Shown here: positions 50,601 through 63,209 of the stretch, one piece after another
Position numbering within the stretch: position 1 is the stretch's first letter
How the letters are laid out: each line of letters opens with the position of its first letter
Assembly (NCBI GenBank): GCA_002269645.1
Contig: NIVC01000996.1
Coordinates: forward strand, 310,001 to 374,000
Origin: Macrostomum lignano
Taxonomy: Eukaryota
Direction of reading: 5' to 3'
DNA: 64,000 bases
Translations under genes and position numbers: made by a program
Notes under the pieces: model-generated
Database searches by the model: none
What the model was told of the DNA's origin: nothing
Seen by the model: the letters and a program-made list of their open reading frames with translations, nothing else

Positions 50601-53600
50601 GTGCAAATTATTTGTCTTATTAAAGAATGCCTTTTTCTACTCATATATAACACAAACCTTAGTTTGCAAAAAAAGAACTTGAAAACATGTAATCATTTTT
50701 ATAAACAATTATAAATCAAATATTATTCACCTTATTATTAGTAATGTCTATTTTTATTAAAAAGTTTTTTATTATGTCCTGTCAAGTATAAAGCCTTTCT
50801 CCAGGTGCTTTGCCTATGCCTCTCTCTTTTCTATTTTAAAAATATTTGATAGGCATATTATCTCCCTACCCCCTTTCTAGACTTTCTACCTCCTATAGGT
50901 ATACTGCCTTCCTACCCCACTCTAGACATTCTGTCTCCCATATGTTTTGCCTATCCCTAACCCTTAAAATCCTCCTTAGTTATTAGGCTTCCTGCCTTTT
51001 TATCCAATTCCCTATTAGGTATTCTACATTTTTTACCAAAAATTCCTTATTAGAAATCAGAATTCCCTCAGGATAAGTGTATTCCATTTCCTAGGCAACT
51101 CTGTTCTATTGTGTAGCCTTTTCCCCCTCTTCCCTAAATGGAATTTATCTTAATTAGATACTGCTTGCTACTTGGACACTAATACTAGGAGTATTGTTGA
51201 AGTATACTCCTTATAATGATATTTTCCTAGTTCCAAGAAATTTCCAAGTCCCCTATAACAAATTTAGTGATATCCTTAAATCAGATAAGACCCTAGAACT
51301 TTCCACGACCACTAAAACATTTATCATTTTCTTTGTAATCATGTAATTGTATATATTTTTATTTTGGTAAGATATATTATTTTATTTTTATTTTAAAACT
51401 ATACAAATCTATATACTAATTTTGCGCTGTTTGTCTATCTATCTGTTATTGATTTTTTGAGAACCATTTAGCTAATCTTTTTTAAATTAGCTTAAAAAAT
51501 TATTTTTAGTTAGGGATGATACATAATTTATTTTTCTAACATAGAGTTTTGGAAATGGGTAAAATATTCAAAAACAATGTTTTTTCAACATTTCTAATAG
51601 GTGCTATTTCTAAATTCAATTGTTCAATTGAACGATTCAGGCCTTTTTTGGCGAATGTACAATGTAGAATATTTATTCAAAATAAAGTTGAGCAATTTTA
51701 TGACCCTTTGCACAATAGGCTTGCAGTTTGCGATGTTTATTTAATTTTATTATTGTTTACCAACCAGTCTGATAGATGATTAATAAAAGAAAGGGGGTTA
51801 AAGCTGGCCTAAAATGCAATGTGTACGGACAAAACAAGTCTTTTTTCATTAATGCTTAAACTTCTTTGATCTTGTTTATTATTTACAACACAGAGGGTAG
51901 TGCAGTTGCAGATAGGGATAGTAGCTAATGGGCTCAATTATAACTCTCAAAATAATTTGGAGAATTTATATAAAACAAAAAAGATTTTTTAATGCTTTTA
52001 AAGTTTGAATATTGAATTTGAATGCCTATCAAGGGGGGGGGGGGTTAGTATGCTTCTATAAAATTTCAAACAATGAAAAAATCAATTGCCAATCAATCAA
52101 TCAAAAATCAAAAGCCAACACATCTGTGCTCTGATATTTAGCCTTAGATGCATGTGATACAATAAACTACTGCTTAATTACATTTCATTTCTTTGCAAAA
52201 CCCCAATCAATTGTAAACTTTCCTAGCATCTTGTCAAAGTGTGGAAAGTCTTCCATTTCTTCAAATTATGATTTCAGAAACAAGCAATGAATGATTGGTG
52301 AACCTTTCAGTCTTAATCACAAACTGAAGGTTTCTTTTCCTAATTTTTGTGAATCATTTTACTAAGGTGCCTAGCATTTTTTTGCCTTGCTTAGGTCAAG
52401 CAACCCTGGCTCTAGGCCTTGTCCTCAGCGGAGAGCATCTAAGGTAAACTGACCCCCATGTTTATTCTTTGTTCTGATTAGGCCAAGCCTGGGAAATTTT
52501 GTAAGGGCCCTAGTTTGGCTTAATTCCTAGTGCCTTTTCTCTGGCCCTTTTTATTAAAGATCCCTATTTGATAAATTGGTCACCACACTATTATTTGTTC
52601 ACTATTATAACTTTAGTAAGAAGGAGCCGCATTTGCCTTTTACTATTATTATTATATTTTCTAATAATTTTTGCAAGGCTCAGCCTTTTCAACTGCATAC
52701 CCATAAGCCATTTAGGCATCCCAATTTTGAATTGATATGACACTACCACCTTTGGCCTGAGATAGGAGGCTCTGGACCCCTATTGTGGCCAAAGTTTTAT
52801 TACTCTGAGATTCACTTACCCATCCCACCTCCTTGTGCCTAAATAGAATGTATGGGGATAATAGTCCTGTACCATTGGTTGGACGGCTTTGTCCATTGGA
52901 TGTGTAGCTTGTAAAGTATTCAAGGCCCCATTTTCTTGCTTGTTTATTGCAATTGAATTTTGCAATTCTGCTCTATGGATATTTTTGCCCATTGTTTTAA
53001 ATCAAGTTTGGTCACAACATTTTTGCTGCCATGAATGACAAGCCTACAGTTAAAGGAACAGCAAGCCCTTTGGTGCCTGACCCAATAGCCCCAATGGCTC
53101 AAGTTTCCTGGCTTTGGCCAGGAGAAGCCAAGAACTTGCACACCTATACTGCGATGGCATCAGGCACCAAACTGGCTTGCGCACACCTGTAGTGAGTGCT
53201 GGATGACGCTCTCCATCAGTCTGCTAGGCAAGGCTGAGTAAGGTTGATATGCAATAGTATACCCTTTGCAGCTAGATGCCCCTGGAGTCAACCCGCAATA
53301 TCCTGGATGAGCTGCTCCAGTGTGCAGAGGAGGCCTACCACCAGGGTGGCAATTGACCCTGACCTGCTTTGGCGCTACTTGTAACACTTGCCAAGGAAGC
53401 AGGGAAGCCAATCACCTTCAGGATAGATGGCCGCCACTGCTGAGACACTTCTGTGACAGTGCCATCAGCAAGCACCTAGAGTGGCTGCAGTTTACAGATG
53501 GCCAAATGTACTTCCTGAGTGAGCCACCTAGTGTGGACAGTATAGCCAAGGCAGAGCACAAATCTTACTTGTCTGGCTGCAGCAAACATGTCTCTGGCTC

Positions 53601-54754
53601 ATCCTGCAGTAGTTGACGCCAGTAACAGCCAAGATACTGTCTTTGTTTGCCATTGCATGGCACCCTTGCGCCTGTAGTAGGGCAAACTATCACTGGTTAT
53701 TTAATAGACATTTGCATAACATATTTTCCGTCACTTGTCCCTTCTAGTAGCCTTCCCCTGTCCCATCCATTGCCTTATCCTTGGCCTCTGTTTCTCGGCC
53801 TTTGTTGGCCTTGTTTTGTTTGTTCTGAGTTTTCTGCAGGCAGCCCTATCTATTGTCCCACCTGTTGCCCCTGTGCTTGCCCTATCTTGCCTAATCTGTT
53901 GCCCCATGTGTTGATCTAATGTTTTGCTTACTATTTATATAGCCTAGTCCAGGCTACACCATTTTTATGCCTCTTTCCTCCCTTGCTAATTTAAATATTT
54001 TATTGCCTTTGTTTTAATACCTTGCTTGACTAGTTTGTTTTAAGTATATATACACTTGAAATTTATCTATATTGACTTATTTAGCTTTTATTAATATATT
54101 AATATATTATTAATATAAAAGTTAAATGGTGTAAAAAATAAAAAATGGTATAAAAAATGGTGTAAAGCACATAAAAGTGTCGCTTATATTGCACCACTGC
54201 ACAGCCAAAGCCCTCATTCATAGACTACAACCATTTAAACTATATTTATTCAACAATACTTAATAAACCAATATTTATATTCATTAATTAATTGAAGCCC
54301 ATAGCTTCACATTGAGTCATTTGCCCGCAGGATATAAAATAACCAATTCATCACAACTCCAAGCAAGTTTTGAGAATTTAATGTTTTGTAATAAGTAACT
54401 ACAATGGTGGTAGCGCTATTTTACTGAATGTAACTAACTTAGCAAATTAGCAAATCTTAAATGCATGGTGTCTGTTGACCCAAACTGAATAACCATGCTT
54501 ACAAAGACTGCTTGACTACAACAGTGACTACCTTCCCCCTAGAATTGAGGACCCAGCAGATGAAATATTCAGGAAAAACATATTGAGATTTGACTTGCAA
54601 TTTGACTTGCAATTGGGTTTTTTTAGATTTACTAGTACAAAATATTAATTAAGATAGGAAAAACGGTCTTAAAATTTAAAAAGTCTTGAATATTATTCTC
54701 TTATCAAATACTTTGAAGTAGAATACTTGTAGAGGCCTATTAGTAAGCCTACAT

Positions 54755-57524
54755 CATGGGTCCCCAACCTGCGGCCCGCGGGCCGCATGCGGCCCGCGAG
54801 CCCTTTTTGTGCGGCCCGCGGCACCTTCCAGTAGTTTGCATTACATGCGGCCCGCCGAGTCTATCACTGGATTTCACTGCGGCCCCCGAAAATGTTAAAG
54901 TTTTCCTAGCTGTATTGAAAATATGCCCAGAAATCTCTTACCCCCCAACCGCTAGAAGCGACGCTTCAATTCATTTGGATTGCTATTTTAGCCACTCCTA
55001 GCGCACAAATGTACATGCAGTCAAGAGTTGAAGTGAAAAGTAGGAAGGAATGCTAGCTAATATCAATAAGGTTCAAGGCAAAGGAGGTGGGGGTTGGGGG
55101 TAAGGGCTCTACTGCCTCTCTCTCTCTCATGAAAGCTAGTTTAGTTCAGTCGATATTTTCTCTCCCCCACAGTGCGCTGATTCAACCTCCGCTGATTCAA
55201 CCCCTCACCGCTTCAAACCTCTCTCTCCATATCTGGCTACGCATGCGTGGGGGAAGGGGGAGTGACGCACAACACAACCCCCACTTTCCCTCCCCCCGCA
55301 CTAGTATATTCTCGCTAGCAGTTTATTGGCTGCTTCTTTCTCACTGTACAATGAAACGGCCTGACGGGTCTGCGGCCCAAAGCCTCGCTGGGGGTGGCAT
55401 TTCGTCTCTAGTCCAGCCCATAGTTCTTGTAACCAATAGAAACTTATCGATTTTTCTTCTACACCCTTTTTCATGGGTGTACATTGTTTATTGGCCCTTA
55501 AATGCCAGTAGAGTTCCTTAAAATGGTGGACCAGTAGCAAGGAGTAACTCTATAACTCAGTAACTCTATAGTTCCAGATGGCACACGCTGCAAAAAAGAG
55601 GAAGATCGCGGAGGAGAAGCGCTCCTTTAATGCCGACTGGTGTCAGTTCTTTTTCGTGGAGCGCAAGGGGAAGCCGCTGTGTGTCATCTGCCAGGAGACG
55701 ATCGCCGTATGCAAGGAGTTCAATGTGAAGCGGCACTTCACCACGAACCATGCCAAGTTTGTGGACATGCCGGAGGACAAGCGCAAGACTGAGTTCACTC
55801 GCTTGGCAGCCAACTTGGACCGGCAGAATGCCCTCTTTAAAAAGCCTGTGAATCTGGCTCAATCTGCCGCAATCCGCAACACGCGCGCCAGCTACCGAGT
55901 TGCCCACCTGGTAGCGACCCAGCTAAAGCCCTTCACCGACGGGGCATTTGTAAAGGAGTGCATGATGGCCGCTGTAGAGGAAGTCTGCCCAGAAAAAAAG
56001 GATCTCTTCACCAACATCAGCCTCTCTGCTTCCACCATCACTCGCCGCATTGAAGAGATGGCAATCGACATTCGTTCAACGCTTAAGCAGCGCTGCCACA
56101 GTGCACGTTTCTTCTCCATTGCCCTCGACGAGTCTACCGACGTCAAGGACACAGCTCAGCTCGCCATCTTCTTTCGTGGCGTCACGGACACCTTTGACGT
56201 AGTGGAAGAATTCGTCCGGCTGATGCCGATGCAAGGAACCACCACTGGTGCCGACATCCTGCAGTGCGTGCTAAAGTTGGTGCAGGAATTCGAGCTGGAT
56301 CTATCACGCCTGTGTGCCATTACCACTGACGGTGCACCTGCCATGGTTGGGCCAACCAAGGGCTTTGCTTCCCTCCTGGTAAAGCACTGCCGGGACCAGG
56401 GACATATGCAGGACATCATGCGCATCCACTGCATCGTACACCAAGAAGTCCTCTGTGCAAAGTCGACCACCATAACGTCCGTTATGGGCGTCGTGGTGAA
56501 GGCGGTGAATTTTGTGCTAGCTCGGGCCCTGAATCACCGCCAGTTCCGGGACTTGCTGTCAGAGGCCAAAGCACAGTATGGGGACCTTCTCTATTACTGT
56601 GAGGTGCGCTGGCTCAGCCGCGGGAAGATGCTGCAAAGAGTCTTCGATCTGAGGGAGGAGCTAGCCGACTTCTTGGATTCAAAGGGAGCTGCTGTCCAGG
56701 AGTTCACTGACCCAGCGTGGGTGCAAGACCTCGCCTTCCTTGTTGACCTGACTGGGCACCTCAACACCCTGAACACCCAGCTGCAAGGCCGTGGCGTCCT
56801 TGTGCCAGACATGATAAACAAGATCAAGGCATTCGAGACCAAGCTCAGGCTGTGGGAAGCACAGATAAAGAATTGAGAGCTCACACACTTTCCCAACCTT
56901 GCAACTTTCGAGCTGACTAATTCAGCTGCCCAGAAGTACGCTGACGCCCTTTCGGACCTGAGGGACGAGTTCGCCAACCGCTTCTCGGAGTTGCGAGCGA
57001 ATTCAATGGAGCTGAAGCTATTCAGCAGCCCTTTCGACCTGGATGCTGATGAAGTGCCTGCCAATCTGCAGATGGAGCTCATTGAGCTTCATTGTTCTGA
57101 CGAGCTCAAAGCAAAGTTCGGCTGCACCTCCCCAATGGGATTTTGGAGCCAGGGCATCAAGCCTGCTGACTTTCCAGGCCTCGTCCTACACGCCACGAAG
57201 ATTGCTGCCATGTTTGGTTCTACATACGCATGTGAACAGCTCTTCAGCCGAATGAAGCTGACCAAGAGCAAAACTAGAGCGCAGTTGACTGACGGCCACC
57301 TCGAAGATGCACTGCTGCTCGCTGTTTCGTCGATCAAGCCAAATGTTGAACTGCTGTCGAAGGATAAGGAGCACCAGCCATCTCATTGATTTTGTTTGAC
57401 ATTTGGAAATGGACATTTTTGCTTGGTTTTGTGTATTTCATGTTTTGTGTATTAGCATGCGGCCCGCACACACCAAGCCAGTTGTCAATGCGGCCCGCCG
57501 CCCATAGAAGGTTGGGGACCCCTG
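54755..57524 (+). mobile_element. hAT DNA transposon, Buster group (Charlie/SPIN/OC1-like), 2,770 bp, full length
   Basis: 15-bp TIRs CATGGGTCCCCAACC ... GGTTGGGGACCCCTG (1 mismatch); perfect 8-bp TSD GCCTACAT (54747-54754, 57525-57532) fitting the Buster nnnTAnnn consensus; subterminal GCGGCCC repeats at both ends. Confidence 0.96.
55578..57389 (+). pseudogene. hAT (GTF2IRD2/SPIN-like) transposase, 603 codons, with one in-frame TGA at 56874-56876
   Basis: BED-like finger (W..FF...CVIC...KRHF..NH), FSIALDES (D), ITTDGAP (D), HCIVHQE, RWLSRG and FGSTYACEQLFS (E). ORFs 55578-56876 and 56991-57389 are in the same frame with no other stop between them. Confidence 0.93.
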
Positions 57525-57669
57525 GCCTACATTTAACTAGACTCTAGACAAATACCAAAATGGCTATTAGTCTAGTATTAATTAGACAAATAACCACATT
57601 GCTATTCATCCAGTTGCATTTGCCTGAAAAATAAGAAAGTGCTAGTAAAGAAACTGAAATTGAATAACT

Positions 57670-58150
57670 GAAGAAAGCACATGTTGTTAGACAATAAAAC
57701 ATAAAACAAATTTTAATAGCTTTTATATGTTATATCTTTTAGAAAGTATATAAAAATATCTTTAGATAACTATACGGGCACATTAAATAATAAGAATCAA
57801 AAGTAGCAAATAAAAAGAATTTAATCTATGTACAGATACTAAATATATTATAATATACTATAATATACTATTATACATGGGTTAAACATGTTTAGATACT
57901 CCCTTTTTTAATAGTCTTTATTAAAAAATATTTTTTAAGTACTAAAAATTATAAATATACTGCTAATTAATTTTCAACTTCTTGAATAAAAATGCCATGA
58001 AAAGTAAAAAAAATATACTCAATGTGTCAAAAATAAAAATGGAATTGTAAGTTATAATTGCTAGATATGCACAACTTACAATTATAATTTAAAGACATTT
58101 TTAGAATTATATATTTTTCTTTATTATCTAATTTTATCATACAACAAGCT
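57670..58150. repeat. Left copy of a ~480-bp diverged inverted repeat (partner 62525-63025)
   Basis: For example GAAGAAAGCACATGTTG...TTATATCTTTTAGAAAGTATAT...GTTAAACATGTTTAGATACTCCC...GGAATTGTAAGTTATAATTGCTAG matches the reverse complement of 62525-63025. Confidence 0.85.
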
Positions 58151-58399
58151 ATTGAAACCCACGGAATTTGAACCCGGGGAAATTCCAATCCCTGGAACTA
58201 CTTTTGCGTGTATTCAGAAAACTGAGCCCATACTCAAAACAAATACTTGTTAATAGTTAGTGGGTTAGAGGTAAACAAAATGGAGCACATTTGCGTAAAA
58301 TTAGGATTTGAGGCAAACATTGATATTGTTGGCTGGGGTGCCTTTAACATTAAATAGGCAATTAATGTCTGTCTGACTCTAAAACATGTATTGGCAAAC

Positions 58400-59480
58400 T
58401 CTGGCCTCTGCCTCTGACTCTCCCTACGTCCCTTGGATCCTTTGAAACTTCTATATTCTTTTCTGTTTCCTCTCTTCTTTCTTGTCTCTCCTCTCTCCCC
58501 TCTTATCTTCCTTCATTTATCTTCTTTTTCATCTCTCTTATCTCATCTCTTTTCTCTTCTTTTCCCTTTCCTCTCCTCCCACTCTTCTCTTGTCTTTTCC
58601 TTTACCTCTCTTCTCTTGTCTTTATTTGCTCTCTGATCTCTCTTTTCTCTTCTCTCTCTTCTCTTTTATCTCTTTTCATTTCTCTCTGCTTCCTCCCTCT
58701 CTCTCTGCCTCCCCTCACTCTCTCTGCTTCCCCCTTCTCTCTCTGCTTCACCCCTTCTCTCTCTGCTTCATCCCTCTCTCTCTGCTTCCCCTCTCTTTCT
58801 TATCTCTCCTCTCCCATCTTTCTTCTCCTCTCTACTCTCTCCCCTCCATTCTCCTCTTTTCTCTCCTCTCGCCTCACTCACTTCTCTCTCCCTTTGTCTT
58901 TCCTCTCGTCTCTGTAATCTCTTCTCTCTTATCTCTCCGCTGTTCTCTCTACTCTCCCATCTCTCGTCTGTTAATTTTCGTCTTTGCTCTCAGCTCATCC
59001 CCCCTCTTTCATTTGTCATATTTACTGTCTTATATGTTCTCTCATTCTGTCCTCTGTACTCTTGTCTCCTCACCTTTCTTTCTCCTTTCTTCTCTTCTCT
59101 TCCCTCTTCTATATACTCTCTCTCTCTTTCTCTTGTCTTGTCTCTTCTCTTTCCACTCTCCTCCTTTATCTCTCATCTCTCATTTCTTATCTCTCCTTTC
59201 TCCTTTTTACTAACTCCTCTCTGCTCTTCTCTCTGCTCTCCTTTCATCTGCAGCTCTCTGCTCTCTCCTCTCTACTCGCTCCTCTACTTTCTCTTTACTT
59301 GCTCCTCTACTCTCTCCTTTCTACTCGCTCCTCTACTCTCTCCTCTCTACTTGCTCCTCTACTCTCTCCTCTCTACTCGCTCCTCTCTACTCTCCTCTCA
59401 TCGCCCTCACTCCCTCATCCCTCCTATTATCTTTTATCTTGTTCTTTCTCTCCCCTCTCCTCTTTTCAAATAGTCTATTC
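58400..59480. repeat. ~1.1-kb aperiodic polypyrimidine (CT-rich) low-complexity tract
   Basis: Composition; the Leu/Ser/Phe pseudo-ORFs here are artefacts. Confidence 0.9.
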
Positions 59481-60599
59481 CTTCTTCTCTCCACTCTCAG
59501 CTGCCCCTCAGCCATAAGCAGGATTCTTTTCTAGCCTTTGAGGTAAAAGTCTACTTATTCCTGCTTGGAAAGCCAGTTTGTGGGACGTAGTACTCTCATG
59601 GTTGTTCTCATGCTTTGATCATGTCATCTTTCTTGCCAATTTGCAAGCCCTGAAAGGAATTTGTGTATCTTCAGCTCCACTGCAGTCTCAGTCTGCATCA
59701 GTCTAACAACCAAGGAAATATGCATTTCTTAGGAGGCCATTTAAATTTTAAAGTACCTTTAAGAGAAACCTTAAATTTCCATGATGTGACTAATTTAGTA
59801 GGGTTATATTGCATTGCATTGCCTTTTCATAAATCTTTTGCTTTTATAAACCATGCTAGATTACCTTGATTTGCCATCCACTGTTAAAATGCTGCAGAGT
59901 TTGCAAATACAGAGGGGAGGGCAGTGGTTAGAATTTCTCACTAAACTGTTATGGCTAAACGTAGCCTCTCCAGAGTCCACTTTTGGGGTGCAGAGAAGGC
60001 TATAAAAAAAGTTATTCCAAAACACTGTACATTTGCTATGTACATTCAGTCCTATTGCCTGACCCTTGGTCTGGCTCTGGGGAATGAGTGAGTGAGTGGC
60101 ACAAACAACAGAAAAAGCAGACAAACTTCACATGCTTACAGTTTCTGTTCTGAATGAGTTACAGAGTTGAAACTTTACATTTAGTCAGAAAATGAGTCAA
60201 TGAAGAATTGTGTCAAGTTTAAAGTCAATCGCTTTTTGTGGAGAAAACTTATGGCAGCTGAAAGTTAGTCAATTTTGAAACCCTTTTACACATCTGGGCC
60301 CAGATCGGGATTGGGAAAGAGAGGCGGGGGCGGAGGTTGGGGTGGCTGTCTCGCTGAAAAAAGCAGCCTAACTTTAAAAGTGCATAGCGCTGTTCAGGAT
60401 TAACTTTAAGACTCGAAATTTTACACGATTGTGTCAAGATAGTTGAAGATTGTTTGTGTCAAATTTGAAGAGGATTGGTAAAACTGGAGCGGCGCTATGG
60501 AGGATTTAGTGAAAAAATCACACATTTTGAGCAGTTTTTTGTACTTTTAGGCAGGAAGACTTGAGTTTAGGATATTTTAAGGTAGCCTAAGACATTTTC

Positions 60600-60746
60600 C
60601 GTAGTGAGTTTAGGTTGGGTGTAAAGTTTGGTGTAATTTGGTTGAGTGGTTTGGGAGTCCATAGCAATCAAAATTGTCCACAAACAGACAGACACATAGA
60701 CAGACACACAGACAGACAGAGTTTTGATTTTTATATGTAGAGATAG
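60600..60746 (+). mobile_element. Possible non-autonomous Helitron/Helentron-like (HINE/Lep1-type) 3' end
   Basis: GTAAAGTTTGG...GTGGTTTGGGAG...(CAGA)n...TTTTTATATGTAGAGAT resembles the microsatellite-plus-TATA(T)AGAT ends of such elements. Recalled pattern only. Confidence 0.4.
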
Positions 60747-61329
60747 CAAAACTAAAAAACAGAATTACTATAAACACTTTGTTTTAACACAACACTTTTT
60801 TGAACAATTTTAATGGATAATATTGAGGCAAGGACATAGAAAAAAAAATTTGCTGGTTGGTTGGTGACATAGGCAGCGGGAGCTTGCGGCACCAGGGGCA
60901 TGTGCCCCCCCCCCAGAAAATGAGTCCACGTAGTAATTTTTAGTGCTTTTTCTGATTTTAGGTACTAATTAGCAGCTTATAAAGAAGGTACCTATGCCCC
61001 TTTGCCTTGTGCCAGGTGCCCCTTTCAAATATTAGGCTCTGCCACCCTTGGTTAGTGATTTGCTGCCACTAATAAAATGGGACAGTTCAATTCTAAATTT
61101 TTGCCAACATTGATTTTATTATATTAATATAAGCCTATAACATACTGGCTATATGTATATAATATTAATATAGGCCCAGGCCTACAATTAGGCTAGGGCC
61201 TAACTTGCTTAAAAAATCACTTGCACATTGATTGCATGATTATTGAAACTTCTTATTGTTTAGTCTGATTTTTATGCCTTGTTTCCTCTTTGCACTTTGC
61301 CTCATAAAAGGGTGTTCAGCTTAGAAGGG

Positions 61330-61873
61330 CCATAGTCCGGATCATGGCCTGTATGCCAAATTAATGTCATCCTTTGCTAACCCTATAGGCATACATTAGG
61401 ATATAACCAAAAAATTGGGCCCTACCTATTGGCGTAAGTGGCATACATGCTGTTGCTATTGCAACTTGCAATGTAATGTACATAAGCATTGGTATTTTCA
61501 GGAATTTGCATAATAATTTAAAAAATGGAATTTATGTTAGAAATATATTCACTTTAACAAAATATATTCCCATCTATTGTTCTATTAAATAATTTTAATA
61601 TTCTAATAAAACCTGCTGCTAGAGGCATAATATATATTTTACTTGCTTGCAGTATAACAGGGATATATATAACATAGGTGTAACTGTATTTAAATTGCGA
61701 TATGCTCCATTTTTTGTTAACTATTAACTGATTTCGAAATAGGAAATTTGTACTGGTCTGTAAAAGTAGCATACAGTTAGGAAGGCAGAAAAAATTTGGC
61801 ATACATTGGCGTACAAACTGTGGATCCATCAAGTTTTAGTTTGGCATACACCCTGCCATGATCCGGACTATGG
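61330..61873. mobile_element. 544-bp non-autonomous DNA transposon (MITE)
   Basis: TIR CCATAGTCCGGATCATGGC..TGTATGCCAAA at both ends (19 bp perfect); perfect 8-bp TSD TAGAAGGG (61322-61329, 61874-61881); internal GGCATACA motif repeated about five times. Confidence 0.9.
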
Positions 61874-62524
61874 TAGAAGGGTACAAGTGGGGGCCGATAA
61901 GACAGGAATCAGTCAGACTGTGTAGACTCCTGATGTATTCTAGAGTAGTATAACAACATTAATCAAGATAGGAAAAAGCCTTTAAAGTTAAAATCCTGAA
62001 ATACCATATTCATAAAAATGTATACATGTATAAGTAGTAATATCTATTTAACCAGACGAATAGTGAAATGGCTATTTATCTGGTAACAGGACAAATAACA
62101 ACTGCCTAGGCCTATTACTAATGAATTTCATAGGCCTAATTATTAAAACAAAAAGCTTGACTAGGCCTAGTTATAGACCTTATGCCTATGGCTATGGATG
62201 TTATGCTACCCCATTCATGCAATAAGTAAGAATAGGCCTAGGTTTGGGTTTGGCTGGCCTAGTTAACAAAACACTAGTGTACTCAGTCAAGGCTGAGCCC
62301 CTCTAGGCTAGGCTCTAGATCTAGGGGGGGGGGGGGCTATCTCTAATTCTAAACATAGTCTAATTTTAATAAATGAAACCGAAATAGGAGCGGGCTGAGC
62401 GATTGCAAACGCAAAACCAAAAATAATACGTGCAATACAATATGATAATATTAAAGTCGGCTGAATTTGTCCGTTTAAATTAAATAAGAAAGAATTTTGT
62501 TCAAACAAAGTTTTTAAAATAACT

Positions 62525-63025
62525 CTGTTATTTAGCTTTACTGTTATGTAGCAAAATTAAATAACGAAGAAAAATTAACACTTTTAAAAATGTTTCGAAA
62601 TCATGAGGGCTTTATAACTTTAAGTTGTGTATGCCTAGCAATTATAACTTACAATTCCATTTTCATTTTTGACACACTGAGTATATTCTTCGACTTTCAT
62701 GGAATTTCCATTCAGGAATTTGAAAATTGATCAGCAGTATATTCCAATTTTAGTACCTTATTATTACATCTTTTAGACTGTTAAAAATGGGAGTATCTAA
62801 ACATGTTTAACACATGTATAATAGTATATTATATTATAGTATAGTGTATACCGTACACGAATATTAAATTCCTTTTATTTGCTTCTTTTGACTCTCTTAT
62901 TATTTCATGTGTCAGCATAGTTATCTAAAGATGTTTTCATATACTTTCTAAAAGATATAACGTACAAAAGCTGTTAAAATCTGCTTTATTGTTTAATGTT
63001 TGTCCAACAATATGTGCTTTCTTCG
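62525..63025. repeat. Right copy of the ~480-bp inverted repeat
   Basis: Reverse-complement similarity to 57670-58150. Confidence 0.85.
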
Positions 63026-63209
63026 GAAAGCCATATGTTGTATAGTATAATAAAAAGTACGAGCGTACAAATTGTATACTATATTAAAAATATTTTCAAT
63101 ATAAATCCCAACACCAAAGTCGTAATCTTATTTGATTAAGTGAGAATCATCTGATTCTGTCAACCATATACTATTTAAATTGATAACCTAATCTATTAAT
63201 TCTTTTCAG

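Noticed and set aside
47615-53190. MTF-1 metal response elements (TGCRCNC) upstream of ZnT1
   Set aside because: None were seen near the start codon. The two matches at ~53137 and ~53178 are 5.5 kb away in probable decayed repeat sequence. This was a manual scan only.
56874-56876. Selenocysteine or programmed read-through at the transposase TGA (and at Ulp1 TGA 5820-5822)
   Set aside because: The positions are not catalytic Cys sites, the TGA-G context is not leaky, and no SECIS was recognised. A simple nonsense mutation is more parsimonious.
55892-57416. Antisense ORFs over the transposase, and similarly over the Polinton genes
   Set aside because: These are shadow ORFs of GC-rich coding sequence with no recognisable domains.
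58433-59517. Leu/Ser/Phe-rich membrane-protein-like ORFs (also 40036-40794, 44693-46220)
   Set aside because: They are translations of CT/GA low-complexity DNA.
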